Made by a program: the position numbers and the translations under genes. Of a DNA stretch of 64,000 nucleotides, positions 38,108 to 46,041 are shown piece by piece. The notes below the pieces were generated by a model, which did no database searches, had not been told where the DNA came from, and was given only the letters and a program-made list of their open reading frames with translations. Source of the DNA: a virus; IMG/VR virus record IMGVR_UViG_3300025736_000014, positions 5,708 to 69,707 of that record; one strand, given 5' to 3'. Positions within the stretch are counted from its first letter, which is position 1. Each line of letters opens with the position of its first letter.

Positions 38108-38179
38108 TTACGGAACTAGGATTTGAACCTAGAATCTGAGGGGTCAAAGTCCTCCGTGTTGCCGTTACACTATTCCGTA
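38108..38179 (-). tRNA. tRNA-Gln(UUG)
   Basis: loop CTTTGAC. Confidence 0.9.
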
Positions 38180-38184
38180 GTTTG

Positions 38185-38257
38185 TGCAAAGGATTGGAAT
38201 CGAACCAATATCTGATGTTTTTCAGACATCCGTCGTGACCAACTTGACTACCTTTAC
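38185..38257 (-). tRNA. tRNA-Phe(GAA)
   Basis: loop CTGAAAA. Confidence 0.9.
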
Positions 38258-38262
38258 ATGTG

Positions 38263-38334
38263 AGACCTGTACTGGGATCGCACCAGTGCATAACCGTTTT
38301 GCAAACAGCTGCGTTTCTCCTTCGCCAACAGGTC
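38263..38334 (-). tRNA. tRNA-Cys(GCA)
   Basis: loop TTGCAAA, U73, T-loop TGCGATC. Confidence 0.85.
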
Positions 38335-38417
38335 ATGGGGGAAGTAAAATACAATATATGTCATCTCACTTCCCAAGATCAATCCAGTAAGGCTTTAAAA
38401 CCGAACCAGTTGATTTG

Positions 38418-38491
38418 TGGACAAGATGGGAATCGAACCCATCACAGTTTGCTTGCAAAGCAATCTCGCCAGCCTTGGTACATGCTCGCCC
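38418..38491 (-). tRNA. tRNA-Ala(UGC)
   Basis: loop TTTGCAA, G3.U70. Confidence 0.9.
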
Positions 38492-38499
38492 AATTTGTG

Positions 38500-38568
38500 T
38501 TGCGATAGTGGGAGTCGAACCTACTTGCAACTGATTATGATTCAGTGCCTCTACCCAAGATTATCGCA
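38500..38568 (-). tRNA. tRNA-Met(CAU), elongator-like, reduced D-arm (69 nt)
   Basis: stem ACTGA/TCAGT, loop ATCATAA. Confidence 0.65.
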
Positions 38569-38573
38569 GTTTG

Positions 38574-38647
38574 CGGCTTGTACGGGATTTGAACCCGTGA
38601 TTTCTACCTTGACAGGGTAGTGTCATACCAGACTAGACTAACAAACC
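38574..38647 (-). tRNA. tRNA-Asp(GUC)
   Basis: loop CTGTCAA, G73. Confidence 0.9.
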
Positions 38648-38653
38648 ATTCTG

Positions 38654-38724
38654 CACTCACGCTAGGATTCGAACCTAAATCTTCTCCTTAACAGGGAGTC
38701 GTTCTGCCGTTGAACTACACGAGT
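38654..38724 (-). tRNA. tRNA-Asn(GUU)
   Basis: loop CTGTTAA. Confidence 0.9.
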
Positions 38725-38725
38725 A

Positions 38726-38801
38726 TGGAGCTATATGTTGGACTCGAACCAACCACCTTCTGATTACAAAACAGATGCTCTACCAGATGAGCTAATACAG
38801 C
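38726..38801 (-). tRNA. tRNA-Thr(UGU), CCA encoded
   Basis: loop TTTGTAA. Confidence 0.92.
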
Positions 38802-38802
38802 T

Positions 38803-38814
38803 TGGAGCAAGATA
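38803..38814 (-). repeat. duplicated 3' end of tRNA-Gly, downstream of the HNH gene
   Basis: GAGCAAGATA at 38805-38814 and 39312-39321; this copy carries the CCA. Confidence 0.75.
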
Positions 38815-38815
38815 C

Positions 38816-39277
38816 TTATTCTTTCCAAGATTCTTGCCTTAACATAGTACCGATTGTACTATATGCTAATTTATATTTCTTTGCTAATCCCCTATGAGTC
38901 AAACTATAATCTTTAGAATAATCTTCTCTAATTTTTCTTACTAATTTCCAAGTTAGTTTGTGACATCCTTGCTTTTCTCCAGTTGCTCTATTACTTCTAT
39001 TTGGCAATCTATGTCTTTTTTTCGACATAGCATCGGCAGTATTTTCTTTCATGCTACCGAGAAACAAGTGTTTCGGATTAACACAAAGTCTATTATCACA
39101 CTTATGACAGACAACTTTATTTTTAGGAATTTTTCCAAAGTGTAAATTCCAACTTAATCTATGAGAGTCAACAGTTTTACCATCTACCTTTATACAGCCA
39201 TATCCAGTACCTCTATTGGCACCAGTCCATAACCAACAGGATTTAGTTTTATTAACTTTACTCCAAAATCTATCCAT
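38816..39277 (-). CDS. free-standing HNH homing endonuclease
   Basis: FWSKV..CWLWTG..GYG..HRLSW..VCHKCDN..CVNPKHL. Confidence 0.92.
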   Translation of the reverse strand: MDRFWSKVNKTKSCWLWTGANRGTGYGCIKVDGKTVDSHRLSWNLHFGKIPKNKVVCHKCDNRLCVNPKHLFLGSMKENTADAMSKKRHRLPNRSNRATGEKQGCHKLTWKLVRKIREDYSKDYSLTHRGLAKKYKLAYSTIGTMLRQESWKE

Positions 39278-39312
39278 AAATAAAATAAATTATTTTATAA
39301 AAGTTAAATATG

Positions 39313-39383
39313 AGCAAGATAGGAGAATCGAACTCCTGTCAACTGATTGGAAATCAGTAGTTAAGCCACTTAACTAATCTTGC
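39313..39383 (-). tRNA. tRNA-Gly(UCC)
   Basis: loop TTTCCAA, U73. Confidence 0.9.
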
Positions 39384-39460
39384 TGGGGTAGTCGATGGGA
39401 TTCGAACCCATGTGGGTCACTTCACAGGCAACCTTCTGAGACCTCTCGAATACGACCACC
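39384..39460 (-). tRNA. tRNA-His(GUG), G-1 and CCA encoded
   Basis: loop CTGTGAA, G-1:C73. Confidence 0.9.
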
Positions 39461-39469
39461 ATATTAAAT

Positions 39470-39481
39470 TGTTAAAGAGCA
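39470..39481 (-). promoter_or_regulatory. rrn-type boxA antitermination site
   Basis: minus TGCTCTTTAACA, identical to the E. coli rrn boxA consensus, 10 nt before the first tRNA. Confidence 0.8.
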
Positions 39482-39662
39482 ACAACAGCTTTCGCTTAAT
39501 ACTGGAGAGCTTAATGATCTATCCTGCTTGGAAGATCGAAGCGACTCCCCAGATTTAAGAGAACGCAGATTTTAGCAGTTTATTACTAAAACTTGTTTTT
39601 TATTGCTTCAGAAAGGGTTTACCTAAATAAGCGATATCTAGTCCACTCACTAGAGCAACTCT

Positions 39663-39692
39663 AGTATACAAAAGTGTCGACACACTTGTCAA
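39663..39692 (-). promoter_or_regulatory. sigma70 promoter of the RNA operon
   Basis: TTGACA-N18-TATACT, with palindrome GTGTCGACAC in the spacer. Confidence 0.8.
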
Positions 39693-39802
39693 GTGTAATT
39701 TTATGAAGTATAATTATGAGGTATTAACCAAGTATACTAGATAGGAGAATCTCATGGCAACGTGATAGTTTAATCACAAAAGTTGATGACTATACGTCTG
39801 TT

Positions 39803-40165
39803 ATGAGCCACACACATAAACATGAGTGGAAATATCGTAGTAAGCAGTATTGGCTTAACTACGGACCACTTATTATAAGAGAAAAGAAACTTATTCCCCC
39901 AAGTGATACTACTTGTGACTTGATGAATCGCTTAGCTGGCGACTATGTTGAAATTGAATATAGATTGCCAAGACCTGAACAGGGAAGTCCCGATCCATAT
40001 CCATATCATCATTGTGAGATAGATGATGATAGAAAGAAAGAAGTTAAGCAGATGCTCTGGAGAAGACATCGTAGAAGTTGGAAACAAGCTTTAAGACAGA
40101 GAGATTGGGACAAGCTCGTTAAATTACCACGTAGGCCAGGAAGATATGCTTGGATTCTTTGGTAA
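39803..40165 (+). CDS. basic hypothetical protein, lone rightward gene
   Basis: 120 aa ORF with Arg-rich C-terminus. Confidence 0.55.
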   Translation: MSHTHKHEWKYRSKQYWLNYGPLIIREKKLIPPSDTTCDLMNRLAGDYVEIEYRLPRPEQGSPDPYPYHHCEIDDDRKKEVKQMLWRRHRRSWKQALRQRDWDKLVKLPRRPGRYAWILW

Positions 40166-40166
40166 A

Positions 40167-40560
40167 GTTTACGATTAGTCAACATGTAGGTGTTACATTA
40201 CAGAATGTTACAGAATGTTACAGCATTACACAGCGTCACATGTTCACTACATTGTGCGACACTAATTAAGACTATAGGTTTGTGAAGATAAGGATTAGGT
40301 TCAAAGTCTGACTTTGTTGTGTTTACGATTAGTAGACAGTTTATCACCTGTATATCATGTAGCATCATATAATTCGCTGATTTTGTGTATTTCTAGGAAT
40401 AAAGTCGACCTTTTTGTGTATTTTCAGTCAAAATAATATCAAAGTTGGGTATAAAGTCGATTTATTTATCACTTTTTGTCTAAAATAGAAAATAACTCTA
40501 CCTATTCGACTAATATTTGACTAATATTCGACTATTGTAAAGTTATTTGTAAAGTTAATT
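40167..40560. repeat. non-coding region with short tandem and dispersed repeats
   Basis: GTTACAGAAT tandem, GACTAATATT tandem, TTGTAAAGTTA x2, GTTTACGATTAGT at 40167 and 40321. Confidence 0.6.
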
Positions 40561-40570
40561 GTCAAATTTG

Positions 40571-40780
40571 CTATATTGAATCCTTTATTGCTGATTTTGC
40601 TTTTCCCCATTTGTGTACTTCGTCAGTTAATTCTATACACCGAGCCATTATATCTTTATAGGGGTCTTCCCCGCTTGTCTTGCGACTTGCTTGTTCCCAT
40701 GCTATTCCACTAACCATATCTATCAATTCCAAAACTACCTCTTTTAAGTCCTTCTTTGGTTTATAAAGTTGTTTTAGCAT
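40571..40780 (-). CDS. hypothetical protein
   Basis: 69 aa ORF. Confidence 0.5.
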   Translation of the reverse strand: MLKQLYKPKKDLKEVVLELIDMVSGIAWEQASRKTSGEDPYKDIMARCIELTDEVHKWGKAKSAIKDSI

Positions 40781-40790
40781 AGTTAATCCT

Positions 40791-40940
40791 TTAGGGTGTT
40801 AGTAACTTTCTTCTACCATATTTTGTTTCATAAGTGTAAACATCATCATTAAAGAATATCTCTGAGGCTTGCCTCAAAGGAAACCAAGTTGAACCATCCT
40901 TGAATTTTATGTATTCCTTTACTTTCTTTGATTTATCCAT
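40791..40940 (-). CDS. 49 aa protein sharing start and end sequences with the Fic gene
   Basis: MDKSKKV..LLTP; strong RBS. Confidence 0.55.
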   Translation of the reverse strand: MDKSKKVKEYIKFKDGSTWFPLRQASEIFFNDDVYTYETKYGRRKLLTP

Positions 40941-40964
40941 AACTTAATCTCCTTTTTGGTTATA

Positions 40965-41912
40965 TCAAAATAACTTCTTAAAGTATTCTATGCCCTGAAG
41001 AATATCTTTGAATCCTAAAATCTCATGCTTATTGCTATTCATCAATAAAGCAATTCCTCCAATTTGTCCTGTCCTCTGAGCCTCTTTACTTAAAAATCTG
41101 TCTTGAAGTTTGTAACCTCCTGAAGCACAATATAGAACGTCACGCTTACCTTCCCAATCTTCTACCTCATCATGGTCAACTGCTCTTTCGTGGTGGTGGG
41201 CGGTTATGAAAGCATCAGCTCCGTGGAAGCGATCTCTTTCGAGGCGCCTAGCGGCGTGGCTAATTGAGTAAATAGACGAGCCTTTTCCTTTGTGACAACA
41301 GGCTATTTTATACATCTGATTTCCGACTACAATCTCTATTTTAGCTGGACCAATCATAAACGGGAAATCCCCAATCGCCCTCTGAATCCCCCGATACATT
41401 GATAACCCTGATCTTTTAAATCCCCACACTTCATCATGGTCGCCACCTAAAGTAAAAGCTAACTTGTCTTTGTTAAAATATTCCCTCATTACTTGTTTAG
41501 CCCATAGGTGTTGAAACTCAGGTTCGTGAGTTTGCTCATACATCCCTGAAGCAAACCAAGTATTGTCCACAATATCCCCTAATAAAGCAACTTTAGCGTT
41601 GGGAGTTTCCATGATCGCTTTACGATCCTTCTCGAACTTATTTACTTCCATTGACCTCGCCCCAAAGTGAGTGTCTGATTGGACACATAATAAAACAGGA
41701 CTGTCGCCATAGACAATCCTTGTGTAAAAAAAGTGAGGATCGAGAACATCCATGTCCACTTTTCTTTCGTCAGCCTTTTTTGCGAACCAAGCGGCATCTG
41801 GAGCAGGTACTGTAGCCATATCAAATAGAGGTTTTATCTCCTTACAATTTTTTATTGCTATTTCGTTTCTGCTCAAAAACGCACCATCTGGGTAGAACAA
41901 ACACTCTTTCAT
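40965..41912 (-). CDS. calcineurin-like metallophosphoesterase
   Basis: SDTHFG, GDIVD, GGDH, CH, AHHH motifs. Confidence 0.85.
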   Translation of the reverse strand: MKECLFYPDGAFLSRNEIAIKNCKEIKPLFDMATVPAPDAAWFAKKADERKVDMDVLDPHFFYTRIVYGDSPVLLCVQSDTHFGARSMEVNKFEKDRKAIMETPNAKVALLGDIVDNTWFASGMYEQTHEPEFQHLWAKQVMREYFNKDKLAFTLGGDHDEVWGFKRSGLSMYRGIQRAIGDFPFMIGPAKIEIVVGNQMYKIACCHKGKGSSIYSISHAARRLERDRFHGADAFITAHHHERAVDHDEVEDWEGKRDVLYCASGGYKLQDRFLSKEAQRTGQIGGIALLMNSNKHEILGFKDILQGIEYFKKLF

Positions 41913-42212
41913 ACCATTCCCTTATTTGTTTATTCAACACTTTATCCATGTTCATAGATGTTTCAGGTTTATGTTTCTCTGAGTTATTATAGCACGTTTT
42001 TCCCATAAAGATATGGCTAATTTAAGTTCTGTTCTTTTTGAAATTCTTCAGCTTTCTCTCGAGTAGAAAACCAAGTACGCTCGAATCCTTCCCTACCTCT
42101 CTCATTGATTGTCTTTATAGTAACAACCCACATATTTGCCTTCTTAACGTGCTTTATCATATCGTGTAGATGTAAAAAGGGTTGTCATGAATGAGTTTTT
42201 TCATGTAAGGAT

Positions 42213-42242
42213 ATTATACTATGTGGAAGTATAAAGTGTCAA
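42213..42242 (-). promoter_or_regulatory. consensus sigma70 promoter
   Basis: TTGACA-N18-TATAAT. Confidence 0.8.
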
Positions 42243-42340
42243 GTAATGCTTTTAACGTAGATGACTGATGAAACTAATCACTAGAATAGAGATAGCGATA
42301 AGAAAGGCAATAATAGAGAAAAGATGTTGATAGTCTTTGT

Positions 42341-42715
42341 TCATCTTTCAAATATCTCCTTACAAGTTACCCAGAGGGCATCTATTAATTCTTTCCTGAA
42401 TCTACTGTTATGATGTGTTGTATCTGTAACACTATATTTATTATTAGCCCACTTTGATATTCCTATAAACTTCCATCTCTCATCTAAAAACTCTATCATC
42501 TGACCTATGTTGAGGAGAGGGTTCTTTTCCATATACTCAACTTCAGCATATGTCTTTAGAGTTTTAGGATCTTCAAGAGCCTTTTTATCACCAAATAATT
42601 CTTTTATTAACTTATAATCTCTATCTAAATACTTCTTAATCCACAAGTCCTCGTACCTCTTTTTCCCCTTCTTAGATAACTCATCTCGTTGTTTAACTGT
42701 GATGTGTTGTTTCAT
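42341..42715 (-). CDS. hypothetical protein
   Basis: 124 aa ORF. Confidence 0.55.
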   Translation of the reverse strand: MKQHITVKQRDELSKKGKKRYEDLWIKKYLDRDYKLIKELFGDKKALEDPKTLKTYAEVEYMEKNPLLNIGQMIEFLDERWKFIGISKWANNKYSVTDTTHHNSRFRKELIDALWVTCKEIFER

Positions 42716-42780
42716 AGGTTAATCCTTCTGATAAATTAAGAATAATAAAACTATAATAATTAAACCCCCTAAGCTCATAT

Positions 42781-43047
42781 CTATCTCCTTATAAATCCAG
42801 GTTGATAAATTTCTAATTCATCTCTGATATTTTTTATCTTAAACCAATCACCAAGCAATATAATCTCTAAGCCTCTTTTAAGCCCTCTTAAGTGATGCTC
42901 ATGACTTACTAAAATAGTGTTTTCTTTATCTATATTATTTTCTCTCAAGTATTCCTTGTAAATTGGATGATGTGGTGTAATTATAATTTGTTCTTTCATA
43001 CTTTCCTTTCTGGGTTTCCCAATTTGTTTAGATATAGGTTGTTTCAT
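42781..43047 (-). CDS. hypothetical protein
   Basis: 88 aa ORF. Confidence 0.5.
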   Translation of the reverse strand: MKQPISKQIGKPRKESMKEQIIITPHHPIYKEYLRENNIDKENTILVSHEHHLRGLKRGLEIILLGDWFKIKNIRDELEIYQPGFIRR

Positions 43048-43346
43048 AAAAACTTCTGTAAATACTTAATAGGGTCTCTACCTTCTTGAATCTCATCTAA
43101 CATTTGGTGTTGGTAATATTCCCACCCTTCAAGTGGTTCTTCACCAAAAAAAGCCTTAGCAAAGTCAGGGGAGAAATAAAACCTTTCGCCTAATATACTC
43201 CCATCGTTTAACTTCCAACCCCCAGGACTATATAATTCCCAAGTTACAGAATAGTCATTTTTAATAAGTTCTAAATCCAAATCACCCCTCCACCCATTCT
43301 TTACTGCTTTGGCTATGGCTTTCTTTAAGATTGTTTCGTTTTTCAT
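43044..43346 (-). CDS. hypothetical phage protein
   Basis: 100 aa ORF. Confidence 0.55.
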   Translation of the reverse strand: MKNETILKKAIAKAVKNGWRGDLDLELIKNDYSVTWELYSPGGWKLNDGSILGERFYFSPDFAKAFFGEEPLEGWEYYQHQMLDEIQEGRDPIKYLQKFL

Positions 43347-43430
43347 ATAGACCTTTATATAATAATTGTTAATATTTAATGTTCTTGTTCATAATCACGC
43401 CATAATCGCGACATTAATCACGCCAATTAT

Positions 43431-43697
43431 TTAATGTTCTTGTTCATAGATTGCTTGTCTTAGATAAACTACTAAATCTAAAGCCTCTTCGTAGGCGTCC
43501 TGTAAAACGTTTCTACCATTATGGGGCTGTAATCTGACACCATATCTCTCCAGGCCGAATTTATCTCTCTTATTCATATCCAAAATAACTAGATCCCAGA
43601 CTGCGGGTAGTTTGTTTTTCTTTGGTCTAGGCTGTTTCTTATTCATATAGTAATTTAAACATTGGTTCTTTCCAAGCACGTTCTTCTTTGTATCCAC
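43431..43697 (-). CDS. all-alpha NTP pyrophosphatase-like phage protein
   Basis: G-x2-RYG..L..HNGR..DAYEEALDLVVYL. Confidence 0.5.
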   Translation of the reverse strand: MDTKKNVLGKNQCLNYYMNKKQPRPKKNKLPAVWDLVILDMNKRDKFGLERYGVRLQPHNGRNVLQDAYEEALDLVVYLRQAIYEQEH

Positions 43698-43947
43698 AAT
43701 GAGAGCAGGTGTAGTCGACTAGATATGACACTTCTATCCTAATTTTACTTGGAACTGGGCACGATGAATAAAGATTTTCATAAGTTATTGGCAATAGGTT
43801 CTCTATTTTTTTATCTATGCTCGGGGTGATGTGGGCAATAACATGAGATTTACAGCTACGGCATTGAAGGGTACAAATACCGCGTGTTCTTCTCTTAAGC
43901 CGATCTTCGGCACTAAGAGGATCGTAAGCTGAGGAAGTAATCGCCAT
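43639..43947 (-). CDS. Zn-ribbon hypothetical protein
   Basis: CRSC..CSHCG. Confidence 0.5.
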   Translation of the reverse strand: MAITSSAYDPLSAEDRLKRRTRGICTLQCRSCKSHVIAHITPSIDKKIENLLPITYENLYSSCPVPSKIRIEVSYLVDYTCSHCGYKEERAWKEPMFKLLYE

Positions 43948-43974
43948 ATATAGATTATATCATAAATAACTCAG

Positions 43975-44067
43975 TAGCTGGGGCAAGGACTTGAACCTTA
44001 CAAAGAGCCCGTAATATCAGGAATCGGGCAACACCTGAACATTCTGCGATTCGTTCGCCTCCCAGCT
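43975..44067 (-). ncRNA. tRNA-like RNA with a pseudoknot replacing the anticodon arm
   Basis: acceptor AGCTGGG/CCCAGCT, D-like GCGA/TCGC, T-arm with TTCAAGT loop; TCAGG/CCTGA and GCCCG/CGGGC interleaved. Confidence 0.6.
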
Positions 44068-44099
44068 ATTCAGTTATCAAAGAGTAGCTTATTATAGCA

Positions 44100-45300
44100 T
44101 ATGTGTCGACAGATTTCTATCGCCATTTACCTTTCTATTTTTTTTAATTACCGTCTTTTGTAGTAAAGACTATAGGGTATTTGTCATTGATTTTAGGGCA
44201 GGCCTAACGGAAGTAGCTAGTTTACGATTAGTAGACATAGTCTCCTGGATTGCTCCATTGCTTCCAGAGTAGAAAACCCCGTTCCCATTATATATAGCAT
44301 TACATTAGGGAAAGTGTCGACAGATGGGTATATGAAGTACAGTTTAAGCAATAACGATGTACGGTACCCACTATAGGCTATCCACAATAGATTTTCTGAC
44401 TAGGGGGCCTATAGTGTTCCACATGAGAGAAGAAAACGCATAACTACTCTGTTAAAATTCCGTTTGATATAATCTTTTCTATACTATGAGTTGTCCTATA
44501 GTAGAGTGATGATACTACTAATCAAGAGATAGTCCTATAACAATACACTAGAAGATATACGCTATATAATTCCATTCATCTATCTACTAACTACTAACAC
44601 TGTAGTATTTACTATGGGGAAATCATCTATGTAGTACTAGAATCCTATAACATAAACTATACAGTCTAGTTCTAACTATAACTATTACTATAAGTTATGT
44701 CCTGTAGTATCACACTATAGTCTTAGATCCATAGAGAAATGACTTATAGTGTTGACTATACTGCCTGTTAAGTGCGTTTATAATAAACACTATTGGATAA
44801 CTTATAATGTAGTACTATATCATCATCTTTTGTCCTATAGTAATGTGATCATCTGTATAGTCCTATAGTATGATGTAAGATGATATAAGATACACTATAG
44901 TAACTACTATCGGACACGAAACTGTTACTTCTAAGACACGCTGTTTTTCATATCGCATAAATCATCATCAATAATAATAAAATGCGTTAGAATTGAACAG
45001 GACAAGTCTTTTAATATCTTTAATCTGTTATCTAAGTATATATAGTCGAAATAGTAAAAATTCCAACAGACCTCGAAACTGATACTATAGGATTCTGATG
45101 ACTTTCTTCTCTGTTATATTGCTACTTGACAATTTTGTATAATAGTTTATCGTTAAGTTACTGATGATATTAGTATAAGTAATTTTTCATCGTCTCAGAT
45201 ACAGAAAAGAGATCACACTTTAACAAACAGATCAGACAACAACAGACTTGATACATCTGATGATCTTAAAATCTGATAGTCTTATCTAAGTAGTCAAGAG
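44100..45300. other. divergent non-coding switch region with iterated (G)TCCTATAGTA-like motifs
   Basis: no ORF in track; GTCCTATAGTA at 44493, 44832, 44860 (and 46392); variants at 44532, 44642, 44699. Confidence 0.6.
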
Positions 45301-45313
45301 AATTGAGATACTT

Positions 45314-45652
45314 ATGATAGATAAAATAGAACGATTTATTTATTTAACTGTATTGTTTTTGTTTTACTCAATGTTATTATTTAACATATCGAGAAGTTAT
45401 GAAAGAAAAGACTTCGAGTTTACTGTTGAGAATTGCTTGATAAAAACATCAGACAATCAATTGCAAGTGTTAAAAAAATACGATTGTTACGAATATTTTT
45501 ACTCACTTGCTTATGATCTTAATTATGCGATCAATGAAGACATAAGTTTCCAATCTGTTAAAAAATGTTTAACTTATGTTAACAATAACAGATACGAAAT
45601 AGTCGCAACTGACGCTTGTTTAGATTATTTTTACAATCTTGAAAACTACTAA
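45314..45652 (+). CDS. hypothetical protein with N-terminal TM segment, no Gly/Pro/Trp
   Basis: 112 aa; first rightward gene; in the GG/CC-free block. Confidence 0.6.
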   Translation: MIDKIERFIYLTVLFLFYSMLLFNISRSYERKDFEFTVENCLIKTSDNQLQVLKKYDCYEYFYSLAYDLNYAINEDISFQSVKKCLTYVNNNRYEIVATDACLDYFYNLENY

Positions 45653-45738
45653 CTTACTAATTATTTATACTTGACTGCTTAACTAAGACTATCAGAACTG
45701 ACTGACTGCTTTATATAGTCAAGTGAAAAGAGATTTTT

Positions 45739-45957
45739 ATGACTAACTTATATAAAAAGATGTTAACAAAAAAACAAAGAAAAGTTTTTTCTTCTGTTTT
45801 ATCACTTGATTATTTTAACGATCTGCTAGTTTTTCTTCGTGATGATGATAAACTTAACGCTGACAGTTGTTTCGATTGTGTTGCTTATCATAAGTTATCA
45901 CAACTTGATGATAACTTTTTAACAGAGTTAAACAACTTAAGACAAAAATATCAATAA
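45739..45957 (+). CDS. hypothetical protein, no Gly/Pro/Trp
   Basis: 72 aa; AGTGAAAAGAG leader. Confidence 0.65.
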   Translation: MTNLYKKMLTKKQRKVFSSVLSLDYFNDLLVFLRDDDKLNADSCFDCVAYHKLSQLDDNFLTELNNLRQKYQ

Positions 45958-46041
45958 AAAAATAAATCTTGACTATATAACGAAGTCAGTCAGAAAACGC
46001 TTGACTAACACAATCAGTCAACAGAGTGAAAAGAGATATTT

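Noticed and set aside
35486-38620. ORF-track entries within the RNA operon (35486, 35972, 36347, 38097, 38184, 38260, 38417)
   Set aside because: They are shadow frames over tRNA and RNase P genes, with no RBS or protein-like features.
35481-39460. Host chromosome origin for the tRNA/rnpB/ssrA cluster
   Set aside because: There are no rRNA, ribosomal-protein or housekeeping genes; the flanks are phage-type; most CCA ends are missing; an HNH is inserted. Chimeric assembly cannot be fully excluded without reads.
43975-44067. tRNA-Sec, opal suppressor or Y RNA interpretation of the tRNA mimic
   Set aside because: Centring TCA in a 7-nt loop gives an anticodon stem with at most two pairs; the arm order is not the circularly permuted YrlA order.
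40167-45100. CRISPR array in the repeat-rich non-coding regions
   Set aside because: The repeats are short (9-18 nt), irregularly spaced and lack unique spacers of constant length; no cas genes are present.
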